A stretch of DNA of 44,902 bases from the NCBI GenBank assembly GCA_044341785.1, contig JBIIRB010000002.1, forward strand, positions 1-44,902, written 5' to 3'. Position numbers and translations under genes: made by a program. The stretch's first letter is position 1. Each line of letters opens with the position of its first letter. The notes beneath the pieces were generated by a model, which saw only the letters and a list, made by a program, of their open reading frames with translations, had not been told where the DNA came from and did not search any database. Shown in pieces: positions 8,713 through 18,422 of the stretch. The DNA is from Bacilli bacterium. Lineage in GTDB: Bacteria > Bacillota_I > Bacilli_A > RFN20 > CAG-826.

Positions 8713-9822
8713 ATGGGAACTGAAATCGTTGCCATGTTGCTCGCCGGTGGTAAAGGAACACGTTTAGAAGCGTTGACCAAAAAAATTGCTAAACCGGCTG
8801 TTTCCTATGGTGGAAAGTATCGTATCATTGATTTTCCGCTTTCCAACTGTGCCCATTCTGGCATTGATACGGTTGGTGTTTTAACCCAGTATGAATCAGT
8901 TTTTTTAAATATGTATATTGGCAATGGTGAAAAATGGGGTTTAAATGGTGTTCGTTCTTTAACCGCAACCTTACCCCCGCGGCAAACCGAAGAAGGGGCC
9001 TCATGGTACAAAGGTACCGCGGATGCTATTTTTCAAAATATTGATTTTTTGGATTCGATCAAACCAGATTACGTTTTAATTTTATCCGGTGATCATATTT
9101 ACAAGATGAATTATCGTGCGATGCTTCAGGCTCATCAATTGGCGGAAGCCGATTTATCGGTTGCCGCTATTGAAGTTCAAGCTAGTGATACTTCTCGCTT
9201 TGGCATGATTACCGTGAAAGACAAAAGCGTGATTGAAAAATTTGAAGAAAAACCGCTTCACACCAAATCAAGAATGGCCTCGATGGGCATTTATATTTTC
9301 AACTATAAGGTCCTGAAGCAAATACTCATCGAAGATAGTCAAAACGACACATCCGAACATGATTTTGGAAAAAATATTATTCCTAAACTATTAGCAGAAA
9401 AGAAAAAATTGATTGTCTATCCGTTTCAAGGTTATTGGCGCGATGTTGGTACCATTCAATCCCTTTGGGAAGCGAATATGGATCTTCTTAATCCTACTAT
9501 TGCAAAAGAGATTTTCGCGGATGATATTAAAATTTTTTCAGAAAATATTAATAGCGTCCCACAATATATAGGACCGACCGCCTTAGTCACACAATCGAGA
9601 ATCAATCAAGGAGCGATTGTTTTAGGAAAAGTTCATCAATCGATTGTTTTTAATGATGCACTGATTGAGGAAGGGGCATTCGTATCGGAATCCGTCATTA
9701 TGCCTGGGGCAATCATTGAGGTTGGTGCTATTGTCAAAAAAGCCATCATTGCTCCTCATACGCGCGTGGAAGCAAAACGCATTATTGATGGTGGCAAAAC
9801 GGTTGTGTTGGTCGGAGGTTAA
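8713..9822 (+). CDS. glgC: Glucose-1-phosphate adenylyltransferase catalytic subunit GlgC
   Basis: Contains 'LAGGKGTRL', 'KPAVSYGGKYRIIDFPLSNC', 'KGTADA', 'FEEKP', 'SMGIYIF' and 'YWRDVGT'. I chose ATG 8713 (SD 'GAGGTAAAGGT') over the longer ORF from 8677. Confidence 0.9.
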   Translation: MGTEIVAMLLAGGKGTRLEALTKKIAKPAVSYGGKYRIIDFPLSNCAHSGIDTVGVLTQYESVFLNMYIGNGEKWGLNGVRSLTATLPPRQTEEGASWYKGTADAIFQNIDFLDSIKPDYVLILSGDHIYKMNYRAMLQAHQLAEADLSVAAIEVQASDTSRFGMITVKDKSVIEKFEEKPLHTKSRMASMGIYIFNYKVLKQILIEDSQNDTSEHDFGKNIIPKLLAEKKKLIVYPFQGYWRDVGTIQSLWEANMDLLNPTIAKEIFADDIKIFSENINSVPQYIGPTALVTQSRINQGAIVLGKVHQSIVFNDALIEEGAFVSESVIMPGAIIEVGAIVKKAIIAPHTRVEAKRIIDGGKTVVLVGG

Positions 9823-9823
9823 T

Positions 9824-10933
9824 ATGAAAAAAGTCATGGGACTTTGTAATTTGTATAGTCCAGCGACCCTTGGAGATTTAACGTCTTCGCGTCCGATTGC
9901 ATCAACCACTTTTTTAGGGCGTTATGCGATGATGGATTTCACGCTATCCAATTTTTCAAACTCTGACATTGATCAAGTGGGGATTTTGATCAAAAAAGAT
10001 CCACGTTCTATCTTAAAGCACTTAGGTTCAACTAACGTCTGGAATAACAACACAAAATTAGGATTTGAATTAATCATGTATGATGAAAAAAACGCCAATA
10101 ATCCTCTTTATCATCACGATTTAAACAACATTAAAGTCAATGACTGGATTATTAAACGGGAGCGACCTGAATGGTTTGTCATTGCACCTGTTCATATTAT
10201 TTATGCCCTTGATTTTAGACCCATTCTTGCCTTTCATGAAGCTCATCAAAAGCCCATCACCGTGGTGTATACAAAAATCAAAGATGGTAAATCTCACTTT
10301 TTAAATGGTGATGTATTAACGTTACAGCAGGATCGCATTGTGGAAATGCAGACCAATCAAGGTTTGCGCTCGGAGATTGATGTTTCCATGGAAACGTATA
10401 TCATTTCTGCTCCGATGCTCGAAAGCATGCTTACAAATGCTCAAGAACTTAGTCCGTTTTTTGGCATCAAAGAAACCATTCAAGCCCTCCTTAAAACATC
10501 CACCATCATGGGCTATCGATTTTCTGGATATGTCAAATGCTTTGATTCGTTAAGTTCGTATCGCTTGAACTCTTTAGAACTACTCAATTATTCAGTTCGA
10601 AAAAAATTGTTTAATCCAGAATTGCCGATTCGCACGGTGACCCACGACACTGCACCTGCTTATTACGGTTCGGATGCCAATGTTGCGAATAGTTTTATCG
10701 CCAATGGTTCAGTGATTGAAGGAACCGTAGTCAATTCCATCATTTCCCGCAATGTTCATATCGGAAAAAATGCAAGGATTGAAAACGCGATTATTTTTAC
10801 CGATACAGTGATAGGTAAAGATGTTATGATAAAAAACGTTGTGATTGATAAATATGCCAAAGTCATCACGAGTAAACAAATTCTCGGCACTGATTTATTG
10901 CCAATCTATATTAAGCAAGGTGAAAAAACATAA
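9824..10933 (+). CDS. glgD: Glucose-1-phosphate adenylyltransferase regulatory subunit GlgD
   Basis: It has a GlgC-like fold without the GGxGxRL loop: 'LTSSRPIASTTFLGRYAMMDFTLSNFSNSDID', plus a C-terminal left-handed beta-helix repeat region. ATG 9824 follows GGAGG and the glgC stop. Confidence 0.85.
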   Translation: MKKVMGLCNLYSPATLGDLTSSRPIASTTFLGRYAMMDFTLSNFSNSDIDQVGILIKKDPRSILKHLGSTNVWNNNTKLGFELIMYDEKNANNPLYHHDLNNIKVNDWIIKRERPEWFVIAPVHIIYALDFRPILAFHEAHQKPITVVYTKIKDGKSHFLNGDVLTLQQDRIVEMQTNQGLRSEIDVSMETYIISAPMLESMLTNAQELSPFFGIKETIQALLKTSTIMGYRFSGYVKCFDSLSSYRLNSLELLNYSVRKKLFNPELPIRTVTHDTAPAYYGSDANVANSFIANGSVIEGTVVNSIISRNVHIGKNARIENAIIFTDTVIGKDVMIKNVVIDKYAKVITSKQILGTDLLPIYIKQGEKT

Positions 10934-12387
10934 TGAAGATTGTCATGGTAGCCAGTGAAGCGTTACCTTTTATCAAAACGGGTGGGTTAGCGGATGTTGT
11001 TTATTCGCTTTCGAAACAACTTGTTTCCCTTCACCATGAAGTAAGTATCATCATACCGATGTATGAAAGTATGCTTTTTAAACCTCATAATTTAGACTTC
11101 ATTGGCACCAGCGATGTTTATTTATCTTGGCGGAAACAGCAAGCGTCGTTTTACCATCATGCGGATGCGGGCATCCATTATTATTTGATTAGTAATGATT
11201 ATTATTTTAAACGCCAACAGCCTTACGGCTATGGCGATGATGGTGAACGGTTTGCTTTTTTTTCACTCGCGGTACGTAGCCTTTTGAAATTACTTAAGCA
11301 TCCCATTGATGTGATCCACGTGCATGATTGGCAGTGTGGTATGCTTCCTGCTTTAATCAAAGAACAAGACGCACAGCATCCGCATTTTGTGAAAACAAAA
11401 TTTGTTTTAACCATTCATAATCCTGCGTTTCAAGGTTGGCTTGATCGAGGTTTATTGTGGGACTTTTACAACTTGCCTTTCCATTTATATGAAAGTGGCA
11501 AACTGCGCTTTCATGAAGGTGTATCCACGTTGAAAAGTGCCATTGTATATGCAGATAAAGTCACCACAGTTTCACCTACGCATGCTAAAGAACTATTAAC
11601 CGAAGTCGGTGGTTATGGACTGCATGATATCCTAAGCTACATTGGAGAGGATTTTTCTGGAATCTTAAATGGTATTGATGAGTCTTGGAATCCCAAGCAT
11701 GATGCGTATCTTCACCATCCTTATGACCCCAAAAATGTTACGAGTGGTAAGCAAAAAAATAAAGAACGGTTATTTCGCGATTACAAATTGAAGGATCCTC
11801 ATCGCCCTTTATTTGGTCTAGTTTCACGTTTAACTTGGCAAAAAGGAATTAACCTTATCCTAGCTAATTTACATTGGCTTATCCAAGAAGGTGGTTCAGT
11901 AATTGTTTTAGGTTCCGGTGAACCGCCGCTAACCTTTGAACTTGATCTAATGGCCAAGAAATATCCTGAGCAACTCGTTTTTATTCAAGGCTATGATGAA
12001 CGATTAGCGCATCATATTTATGCTGCCAGTGATTTTTTTCTCATGCCATCCTTATTTGAACCTTGTGGAATTTCGCAAATGATTTCGCTTCGATATGGCA
12101 CGCTTCCCCTCGTTAGAAAAACAGGCGGTCTTGTGGATACAGTCCAACCTTGGAATGTAAGCCAACCTAATATTCGCAACGCCACTGGTTTCATGTTTGA
12201 TGCTTATACTGCTCAAGCCATGCAAATGGCGTTACGCGAAGCGCTTGATATGTATCGCAATCCTGCCATGCTTCACACGATGATTGAAAATGGGTTTCAG
12301 CAAGATCATGGTTGGCTCCAATCAGCCGATCAATACGTGCGTTTATATGCATCGCTTTTTAACAAAAAAAGTGCTAAAATAAATTAA
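10933..12387 (+). CDS. glgA: Glycogen (starch) synthase GlgA
   Basis: Contains 'PFIKTGGLADVV', 'HVHDWQ', 'RLTWQKGI' and 'FLMPSLFEPCGISQM'. The start overlaps the glgD stop (TAATG). Confidence 0.92.
   Translation: MKIVMVASEALPFIKTGGLADVVYSLSKQLVSLHHEVSIIIPMYESMLFKPHNLDFIGTSDVYLSWRKQQASFYHHADAGIHYYLISNDYYFKRQQPYGYGDDGERFAFFSLAVRSLLKLLKHPIDVIHVHDWQCGMLPALIKEQDAQHPHFVKTKFVLTIHNPAFQGWLDRGLLWDFYNLPFHLYESGKLRFHEGVSTLKSAIVYADKVTTVSPTHAKELLTEVGGYGLHDILSYIGEDFSGILNGIDESWNPKHDAYLHHPYDPKNVTSGKQKNKERLFRDYKLKDPHRPLFGLVSRLTWQKGINLILANLHWLIQEGGSVIVLGSGEPPLTFELDLMAKKYPEQLVFIQGYDERLAHHIYAASDFFLMPSLFEPCGISQMISLRYGTLPLVRKTGGLVDTVQPWNVSQPNIRNATGFMFDAYTAQAMQMALREALDMYRNPAMLHTMIENGFQQDHGWLQSADQYVRLYASLFNKKSAKIN
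12372..12380 (+). promoter_or_regulatory. Candidate extended -10 promoter (TGcTAAAAT) for the leuS leader
   Basis: 'TGCTAAAAT' lies inside the last codons of glgA, just upstream of the T-box leader. I did not confirm a convincing -35. Confidence 0.4.
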
Positions 12388-12557
12388 ATCGAATTGACTA
12401 AGAAGTTTCGATTAGCGAGCAACGTCTGGTGCAAGGTTGCATGACTTCATCTCACAATTCAAAGGATTTCGTTCGAGAGCGTTAATCTCGGTAATAAGTA
12501 CAAAAGTAAGGTGGTACCACGCGCATGCGTCCTTCGTTAAGGACGTTTTGTTTTTTT
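12388..12557 (+). promoter_or_regulatory. T-box leader (tRNA-sensing riboswitch) controlling leuS, probable CUC (Leu) specifier
   Basis: Stem I elements are 'AGCGA' and 'GGTGCAA'. A 'CTCA' (Leu codon plus purine) follows. The T-box sequence 'AAGGTGGTACCACGCG' is at 12508-12523. The terminator hairpin 'GCGTCCTT-CGTT-AAGGACGT' at 12527-12546 is followed by TTTGTTTTTTT, then SD 'AAGGGAG' and the leuS ATG. Confidence 0.85.
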
Positions 12558-12570
12558 AAGGGAGAAAACC

Positions 12571-14982
12571 ATGGCATTTAATCACAAGCTCATTGAAACC
12601 AAATGGCAAACGTTTTGGGATAAAAATCAAACGTATTTGACGAATGTTTATGATTTTACAAAACCAAAATTTTATGCCTTGAATATGTTTCCATATCCCT
12701 CTGGGCAAGGATTGCATGTTGGCCATCCCCGTAGTTATACGGCAACCGATGTCGTTGCAAGAATGAAGAAACTCCAAGGGTATAACGTGTTAAATCCGAT
12801 GGGTTGGGATAGTTTTGGTTTACCTGCTGAGCAGTATGCTTTAAAAACCAATCAACATCCAAGCACATTCACCTTTCAAAATATCGCAAATTTTAAACGT
12901 CAGTTAAAAGCACTCGGTTATAGTTTTGATTGGACAAAAGAAATTGCAACCACCGATCCGCTTTATTACCAATGGACCCAATGGATCTTTTTAAAGTTTT
13001 ATGAAAAAGGCTTAGCGTATATCGAAGAAAAACCTGTCAATTTTTGTCCTGCTTTAGGGACTGTACTTGCCAATGAAGAAGTTATCGATGGTAAATCCGA
13101 AGTGGGTGGTTTTCCTATTGAACGCAAATTGATGAAGCAATGGGTGTTGAAAATTACGGCATATGCCGATCAACTCCTTGAAGGTTTAGCTACCTTAGAC
13201 TGGCCGGTTTCTACCCGTGATATGCAAATCAATTGGATTGGTAAGTCGATAGGAACTGAAATCGACTTTGCGATTCAAGGTCATCAAACTTCTTTTCGTG
13301 TATTTACCACTCGTGTCGACACCCTTTATGGTTGTACTTATTGTGTGCTTGCTCCCGAACATCCACTCGTGAACGCAATTACAATGCCTAAGTTTAAGGA
13401 TCAAGTCCAAGACTATGTCAAACAAGTGGCGACTAAATCCGAGATGGACCGCACTGAGTTAAGTAAAGAAAAAACGGGTGTTTTCACCGGTGCTTACGCC
13501 CTTCATCCGCTAACCCAAAAGCCAATACCAATTTGGATTGCCGATTATGTTCTTTATGGCTATGGTACTGGAGCGGTGATGGCTGTGCCTGCTCATGATG
13601 AACGTGATTATGTTTTTGCCAAACTGTTTGATTTGCCAATCTTACAAGTGCTTGAAGGCAATATGAATGATGGTGCTTATACTTTGGATGGTCCCCATAT
13701 CCATAGCGAACTCATCAATGGTTTAACCATCGAACCTGCCAAGAAAAAACTCACCGAATATTTAGTTAAAATGGGCAAAGGCAAAGCCGTTGTCAATTTC
13801 AAATTACGCGATTGGCTCTTTTCCAGACAACGTTATTGGGGTGAACCGATTCCAGTCATGATTTCTAATGCGGATGGGTCGATTAAACCTTTAAGCATCA
13901 ACGAATTACCTCTACTTCTACCTGAATTAAAAGAATACAAACCGAGTGGCACTGGCGAATCTCCACTTGCTTTAGCCAAGGAATGGCTTCATGTTCAAGT
14001 AGGACAACAATCGTATACTCGTGAAACAAATACAATGCCACAATGGGCGGGAAGTTGTTGGTATTATATTCGGTATTTAGACCCTAAAAATACAAAAGCT
14101 ATTGCCGATGCAACGTTGATTAACCATTGGTTGCCCGTAGATCTATATATCGGTGGAGCAGAACACGCAGTTTTACATTTGTTGTATGCGCGTTTTTATC
14201 ATAAGTTTTTGTTTGATCTTGGTGTTGTTAACACGAATGAACCCTTTAAGAAACTTTTCCATCAAGGCATGATCCTGGGTGAAAATGGTGAAAAAATGTC
14301 AAAAAGTCGTGGTAATGTCGTTAATCCTGATGACATCATTGAGCAATTTGGCGCGGATACCCTGCGGTTGTTTGAAATGTTCATGGGTCCCTTAGAAGCA
14401 TCATTACCGTGGTCGAATCAAGGCTTAGAAGGTGCTAGACGTTTTCTAGATCGTGTTTATCGTTTTTTTACTGAGGATGGCTATCGAAGTCTATGGACTT
14501 TGCATGAAGAGGCGAAGGCATCTTTATCCTTTTCTTATCACAGTTTAGTTAAAAAAGTGACGCACGATTTTGAAAATTTACAGTTGAATACGGCAATTTC
14601 TCAGTTCATGATTTTCATGAATGATGCTTATAAAGCCAATCAAATCTATCAACCTTATATGGAATCCTTTTTAGTGATGCTAAGTTGCTTAGCCCCTCAT
14701 CTATGCGAAGAGTTATGGTCGAAACTGGGATATGAAACATCCATTACTCAAGCTGCTTGGCCAACTTGGGATGAAAAGCAACTTCTGAAGTCTGAGGTTG
14801 AGATTGCCATTTCGATTAACGGTAAATTGCGATCAACATTAACCCTTCCCCTCAATTCCCCAGATGAAACCGTGATTCAATCGGCGTTAGCTCTCCCCAT
14901 CATTCAAAAGCAATTAGAAGGTAAACGAATTGTCAAAACCATTGTGGTCAAAAACAAAATACTTAATATTGTCATTGCCTAA
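12571..14982 (+). CDS. leuS: Leucyl-tRNA synthetase
   Basis: Contains the HIGH motif '[10 protein letters not shown]', the CP1 editing domain '[12 protein letters not shown]', 'AHDERD', and an exact KMSKS in '[10 protein letters not shown]'. Length is 803 aa. Confidence 0.96.
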   Translation: MAFNHKLIETKWQTFWDKNQTYLTNVYDFTKPKFYALNMFPYPSGQGLHVGHPRSYTATDVVARMKKLQGYNVLNPMGWDSFGLPAEQYALKTNQHPSTFTFQNIANFKRQLKALGYSFDWTKEIATTDPLYYQWTQWIFLKFYEKGLAYIEEKPVNFCPALGTVLANEEVIDGKSEVGGFPIERKLMKQWVLKITAYADQLLEGLATLDWPVSTRDMQINWIGKSIGTEIDFAIQGHQTSFRVFTTRVDTLYGCTYCVLAPEHPLVNAITMPKFKDQVQDYVKQVATKSEMDRTELSKEKTGVFTGAYALHPLTQKPIPIWIADYVLYGYGTGAVMAVPAHDERDYVFAKLFDLPILQVLEGNMNDGAYTLDGPHIHSELINGLTIEPAKKKLTEYLVKMGKGKAVVNFKLRDWLFSRQRYWGEPIPVMISNADGSIKPLSINELPLLLPELKEYKPSGTGESPLALAKEWLHVQVGQQSYTRETNTMPQWAGSCWYYIRYLDPKNTKAIADATLINHWLPVDLYIGGAEHAVLHLLYARFYHKFLFDLGVVNTNEPFKKLFHQGMILGENGEKMSKSRGNVVNPDDIIEQFGADTLRLFEMFMGPLEASLPWSNQGLEGARRFLDRVYRFFTEDGYRSLWTLHEEAKASLSFSYHSLVKKVTHDFENLQLNTAISQFMIFMNDAYKANQIYQPYMESFLVMLSCLAPHLCEELWSKLGYETSITQAAWPTWDEKQLLKSEVEIAISINGKLRSTLTLPLNSPDETVIQSALALPIIQKQLEGKRIVKTIVVKNKILNIVIA

Positions 14983-15040
14983 TTTTTCTTTATAATGGAG
15001 TTAGCATCATACTTCATATGAAGATGACAGCGGAGGTACT

Positions 15041-15814
15041 ATGTTTCTTGCAATGGATTTAGGCAATACAGCCTTAACGTTTGGCCTTTTTGATCAAGGA
15101 AAACGTAAGGCTTTTTTTATTGTCTTAGTTGACCGTCAAAAAAGTGTTGATGAATATGAAAACAGTTTAAAAGCTCTTTTTGAAAAACATCAGCTTACCC
15201 ATATTAATGAAGGCATCTTACTGAGCAGTGTTGTTCCTTCTCTCAATCCGATCATCATGCAGGCGGTTGAGCGACTGCTTCACAAAAAGGTTGTCTTGTT
15301 TTCAAAAGGATTTAAAACAGGTGTTCCTATCAAAATTGATCACCCTTCTGAATTGGGCAGTGATTTAGTTGCCGATAGTGTCGGTGCAATTGCAAAGTAT
15401 GGTTTTCCACTCATCATTGCGGATTTAGGAACGGCGACGAAGATGATTGGCATTGATTCGAAAGGCGCATTCATCGGAGTCAGTATCATCCCGGGTGTTC
15501 AAATTTCGCTTCAAGCACTCGTGGGTAAAGCTGCCCAACTCATGGACGTGTCGCTTGAAAAACCCAAAAATATTTTAGGTAAAAATACCCCTGACTCCAT
15601 GAATTCAGGTGCCATCTATGGCACAGCGGCAATGATTAAAGCCTTATTCATCGATATTGAAAAAGAAATGGGAGTTCCTTGTAAAAAGATCCTTACTGGA
15701 GGATATAGCTATTTGATTCAATCGCTGCTTGGCAACGATGTGATGATTGACCCTTATGTGAATGTGGACGGTCTTCACGCTATTTATTTGAAAAACAAGG
15801 AGATGTTTTCATGA
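15041..15814 (+). CDS. coaX: Type III pantothenate kinase (CoaX/Baf)
   Basis: Contains 'LAMDLGNTALTFGLF', 'IIADLGTATK' and 'NTPDSMNSGAIYG'. SD 'GGAGGT' precedes the ATG. Confidence 0.9.
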   Translation: MFLAMDLGNTALTFGLFDQGKRKAFFIVLVDRQKSVDEYENSLKALFEKHQLTHINEGILLSSVVPSLNPIIMQAVERLLHKKVVLFSKGFKTGVPIKIDHPSELGSDLVADSVGAIAKYGFPLIIADLGTATKMIGIDSKGAFIGVSIIPGVQISLQALVGKAAQLMDVSLEKPKNILGKNTPDSMNSGAIYGTAAMIKALFIDIEKEMGVPCKKILTGGYSYLIQSLLGNDVMIDPYVNVDGLHAIYLKNKEMFS

Positions 15815-16428
15815 AAAAACGTATTTTGCTTATTACCACGAATGCTATGCTAGTCGCTATTTTACTTTTAATGGGTTTGATACCTCAACTGGGTTTTATC
15901 ACCATTAATCCTGCGGTATCCTTTACGATTATGCATTTACCTGTTTTAGTAGGAGCGTATTTATTTGGCTGGCGTGGTGGAACTTTTTATGGGTTTCTTT
16001 TTGGTTTTATTTCTTTTTATCAAGCTAGCGCCAATCCGGGTGGAATTTTAGATCCTTTTTTTCAAAATCCGATCATATCGGTTTTACCTCGATTAATCTT
16101 TGGTTTTATTTCAGGTTTAAGTTTTGAAGTGATTCGTCGCTTAGTTAAACAGCCTTTAACCAATCGGTTAATTTTAGGAATAATGGGTGGATTATTAGCC
16201 GTTGTTCATACCGTTCTTACCCTAGGTATTTTAGGACTTCTCAATGGTCAAGAGGTTCTTAATTTACTTGCAGGACTCGAAGTTGTTTTAGATAATTATT
16301 TTGCATTCATTGCACTGATTTTGACTCTCAATGGTGTTTGGGAAGCATTAATTGCTTTTCTTTTGCTACCCATCCTTGCCACTGCAGTATCGAAAGTTCA
16401 GGCGATTCGCACTATAATGAATGATTGA
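15811..16428 (+). CDS. ECF-transporter S (substrate-capture) component; pantothenate-type (PanT-like) inferred from context
   Basis: A small protein of about six TM spans with an ECF S-component-like N-region ('ITTNAMLVAILLLMGLIPQLGF...FTIMHLPVLVGAYLFGWRGG'). It overlaps coaX by ATGA. The substrate assignment is inference from gene linkage only. Confidence 0.55.
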   Translation: MKKRILLITTNAMLVAILLLMGLIPQLGFITINPAVSFTIMHLPVLVGAYLFGWRGGTFYGFLFGFISFYQASANPGGILDPFFQNPIISVLPRLIFGFISGLSFEVIRRLVKQPLTNRLILGIMGGLLAVVHTVLTLGILGLLNGQEVLNLLAGLEVVLDNYFAFIALILTLNGVWEALIAFLLLPILATAVSKVQAIRTIMND

Positions 16429-16435
16429 GGATAGC

Positions 16436-17806
16436 ATGATGAAAACACCCTATCAAACTTTAACAAAGCCGTATCTAGAATCTGCCATTCGCCAATTGCA
16501 AGCTTGGATTCAAATTCCTTCGGTGGATGATTCAAAGCATGCTTCACCCCAAAAACCTTACGGTGAAGGTGTTTATCAAGCGCTTCAATTCATTGGAAAA
16601 TTAGCCGAACACGATGGTTTTGCTGTGGATTATTGTGATGGTCATGTGACTGAAATTTCATTTGGAAAAGGACCACTCATTGCGGTCTATGCCCATGCTG
16701 ATGTTGTCCCCGTTTCCGATCAATGGAAACATCCGCCATTTGGAGCAGTCATTGAAAAAGGTCGTATGTATGGTCGTGGAACTAGTGATGATAAAGGTCC
16801 AGGCATGGCGGCCTATGTTGCTTTGAAAGCTTTACGTGATGGTGGTTACATTCAAGGCTACTCCGTTCGATTAGTCATTGGTGGGAATGAAGAAAAAGGA
16901 AGTCAATGTTTAAAATATTATTTTCATACATTAAAAAAACCTTATCCTAAGGCAGGTTTTACCCCTGATGGCTCATTCCCGCTTATTTATGGTGAAAAAG
17001 GGATTACCAATTATGAGTTGTCTGGACCTATAAATTTACCTCAAATCATCTCCATTCAAGCCGGAACGGCTCATAATGCGGTGATTGATTTAGCTACGGC
17101 TACGCTTGTTCGTGATCCAAACATCGTTAAAACATTAAAGAAAAAAGGTTATCAATATACTTTAAAAGAACAAGACAACTTAATGATTTTAAGCATGCAT
17201 GGTAAAGCTGCGCATGGAGCCTTACCTCACCTTGGCGTGAATGCGGGGATTCACCTGCTCGATGTTTTAGGTGAACATTATGATCAGCCAATCTTTCAAA
17301 AGCTTGCCGAACAATATCAGGATGTGAATGGAAAAAAATTGAACTTATATGTCAAAACAAAACTGATGGGTGTGACAACGTTTAATGTCGGTTTAATGGC
17401 GTTGGTCAATGGTGTTTTTACCATGACCGTCAATTATCGTTACCCTGAAACTGTCATGATCAAAGATGTGATGCAACACCTCAAAAAGATAAGTCCTTTA
17501 AAAGTGAAGCAATCGTATGATTCAAAATTACTATTTATTGATCCTAAATCGGCGATGGTTAAAACCTTATTGAAAGTTTATCAACAAGAAACGGGCGATA
17601 AAAAAACTAAACCGATGACCATCGGTGGTGGAACGTATGCTAAAGAAGCCAAAAACACCTTAGCCTTTGGTTCCATGTTTCCTGGTCGAAATGATTTTAT
17701 CCATGAAAATGATGAAAAAATTGATGTGATTGATTTTACAACAAGTATTAGTATTTATGCTTCCGCCATTGATCATTTGGGTCGTATGCATGCGGTTAAA
17801 AAATAA
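16436..17806 (+). CDS. pepV: M20-family dipeptidase (PepV/Sapep type)
   Basis: Contains 'AVYAHADVVPV', 'GRMYGRGTSDDKGP', 'IGGNEEKGS', and C-terminal 'HENDEKI'. ATG 16436 follows 'GAGGA'. An in-frame ATG at 16421 is the alternative start. Confidence 0.85.
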   Translation: MMKTPYQTLTKPYLESAIRQLQAWIQIPSVDDSKHASPQKPYGEGVYQALQFIGKLAEHDGFAVDYCDGHVTEISFGKGPLIAVYAHADVVPVSDQWKHPPFGAVIEKGRMYGRGTSDDKGPGMAAYVALKALRDGGYIQGYSVRLVIGGNEEKGSQCLKYYFHTLKKPYPKAGFTPDGSFPLIYGEKGITNYELSGPINLPQIISIQAGTAHNAVIDLATATLVRDPNIVKTLKKKGYQYTLKEQDNLMILSMHGKAAHGALPHLGVNAGIHLLDVLGEHYDQPIFQKLAEQYQDVNGKKLNLYVKTKLMGVTTFNVGLMALVNGVFTMTVNYRYPETVMIKDVMQHLKKISPLKVKQSYDSKLLFIDPKSAMVKTLLKVYQQETGDKKTKPMTIGGGTYAKEAKNTLAFGSMFPGRNDFIHENDEKIDVIDFTTSISIYASAIDHLGRMHAVKK

Positions 17807-18422
17807 ATCCTGGGCACGTCCTTTTATCGCCACGCATCCAGAGATTATTCGTTCGAATCCGCTAGAGAATTGGAAAGAAGAAACAGATAGACGGTTTAAA
17901 CGTTATCACTTAGAAATCGGTTGTGGTAAAGGTGGTTTTATTACGTCCTTAGCACGTCAACAACCCAATGATTGTTTTATTGGGATTGAACGAGCTCTGA
18001 CCGCGATTGCTATTGCAGGAAAAAAAGTAGAAAGCCAACAGTTAAGCAATGTGCATTTATGGTTCAATGATGTGAGCAAGTTAGAAGTCATTATTCCTGC
18101 TCAAACATTTCAAACTATTTACCTCAACTTTTCAGATCCTTGGCCGAAAATTCGGCATCATAAACGTCGCTTAACCGCGGACTCTTTTTTAAGATTATAT
18201 GACCGCATTCTGATTCCACAAGGAATCATTAAAATGAAAACGGATAACCTTGAATTGATACGATTTTCAAAAGCTAATTTTGCCAAAAGTGGGTATGTTA
18301 TACTTGAGTACAGCGAGGATTATTCCCAATTAGAATTCGGAGATGTGCCAACGGAATATGAGTTAGCATTTCGCGCTAAGGGATTACCTATTTATCGGCT
18401 TGTGGTTAGAAAGGCTATATGA
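17790..18422 (+). CDS. trmB: tRNA (guanine-N7)-methyltransferase TrmB
   Basis: 'MRLKNKSWARPFI' matches the usual TrmB N-terminus ('MR.R.K.WA'). It also has 'LEIGCGKGGF' (SAM loop), 'NFSDPWPK' and 'KTDN'. The start at 17790 overlaps the pepV end by 17 nt. I rejected the longer ORF from 17730. Confidence 0.88.
   Translation: MRLKNKSWARPFIATHPEIIRSNPLENWKEETDRRFKRYHLEIGCGKGGFITSLARQQPNDCFIGIERALTAIAIAGKKVESQQLSNVHLWFNDVSKLEVIIPAQTFQTIYLNFSDPWPKIRHHKRRLTADSFLRLYDRILIPQGIIKMKTDNLELIRFSKANFAKSGYVILEYSEDYSQLEFGDVPTEYELAFRAKGLPIYRLVVRKAI

Noticed and set aside
9665-9823. N-terminal extensions offered by the ORF track for several genes: glgD 9665, glgC 8677, rpe 6961, trmB 17730, NAPRTase 19991, LacI 21221, rpsD 24265, thrS 29335, AdoMetDC-like 33723, dnaI 34938.
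   Set aside because: In each case a downstream start matches the conserved N-terminus of the family and has a proper SD. The extension would overlap the upstream gene or a leader, operator or terminator element.
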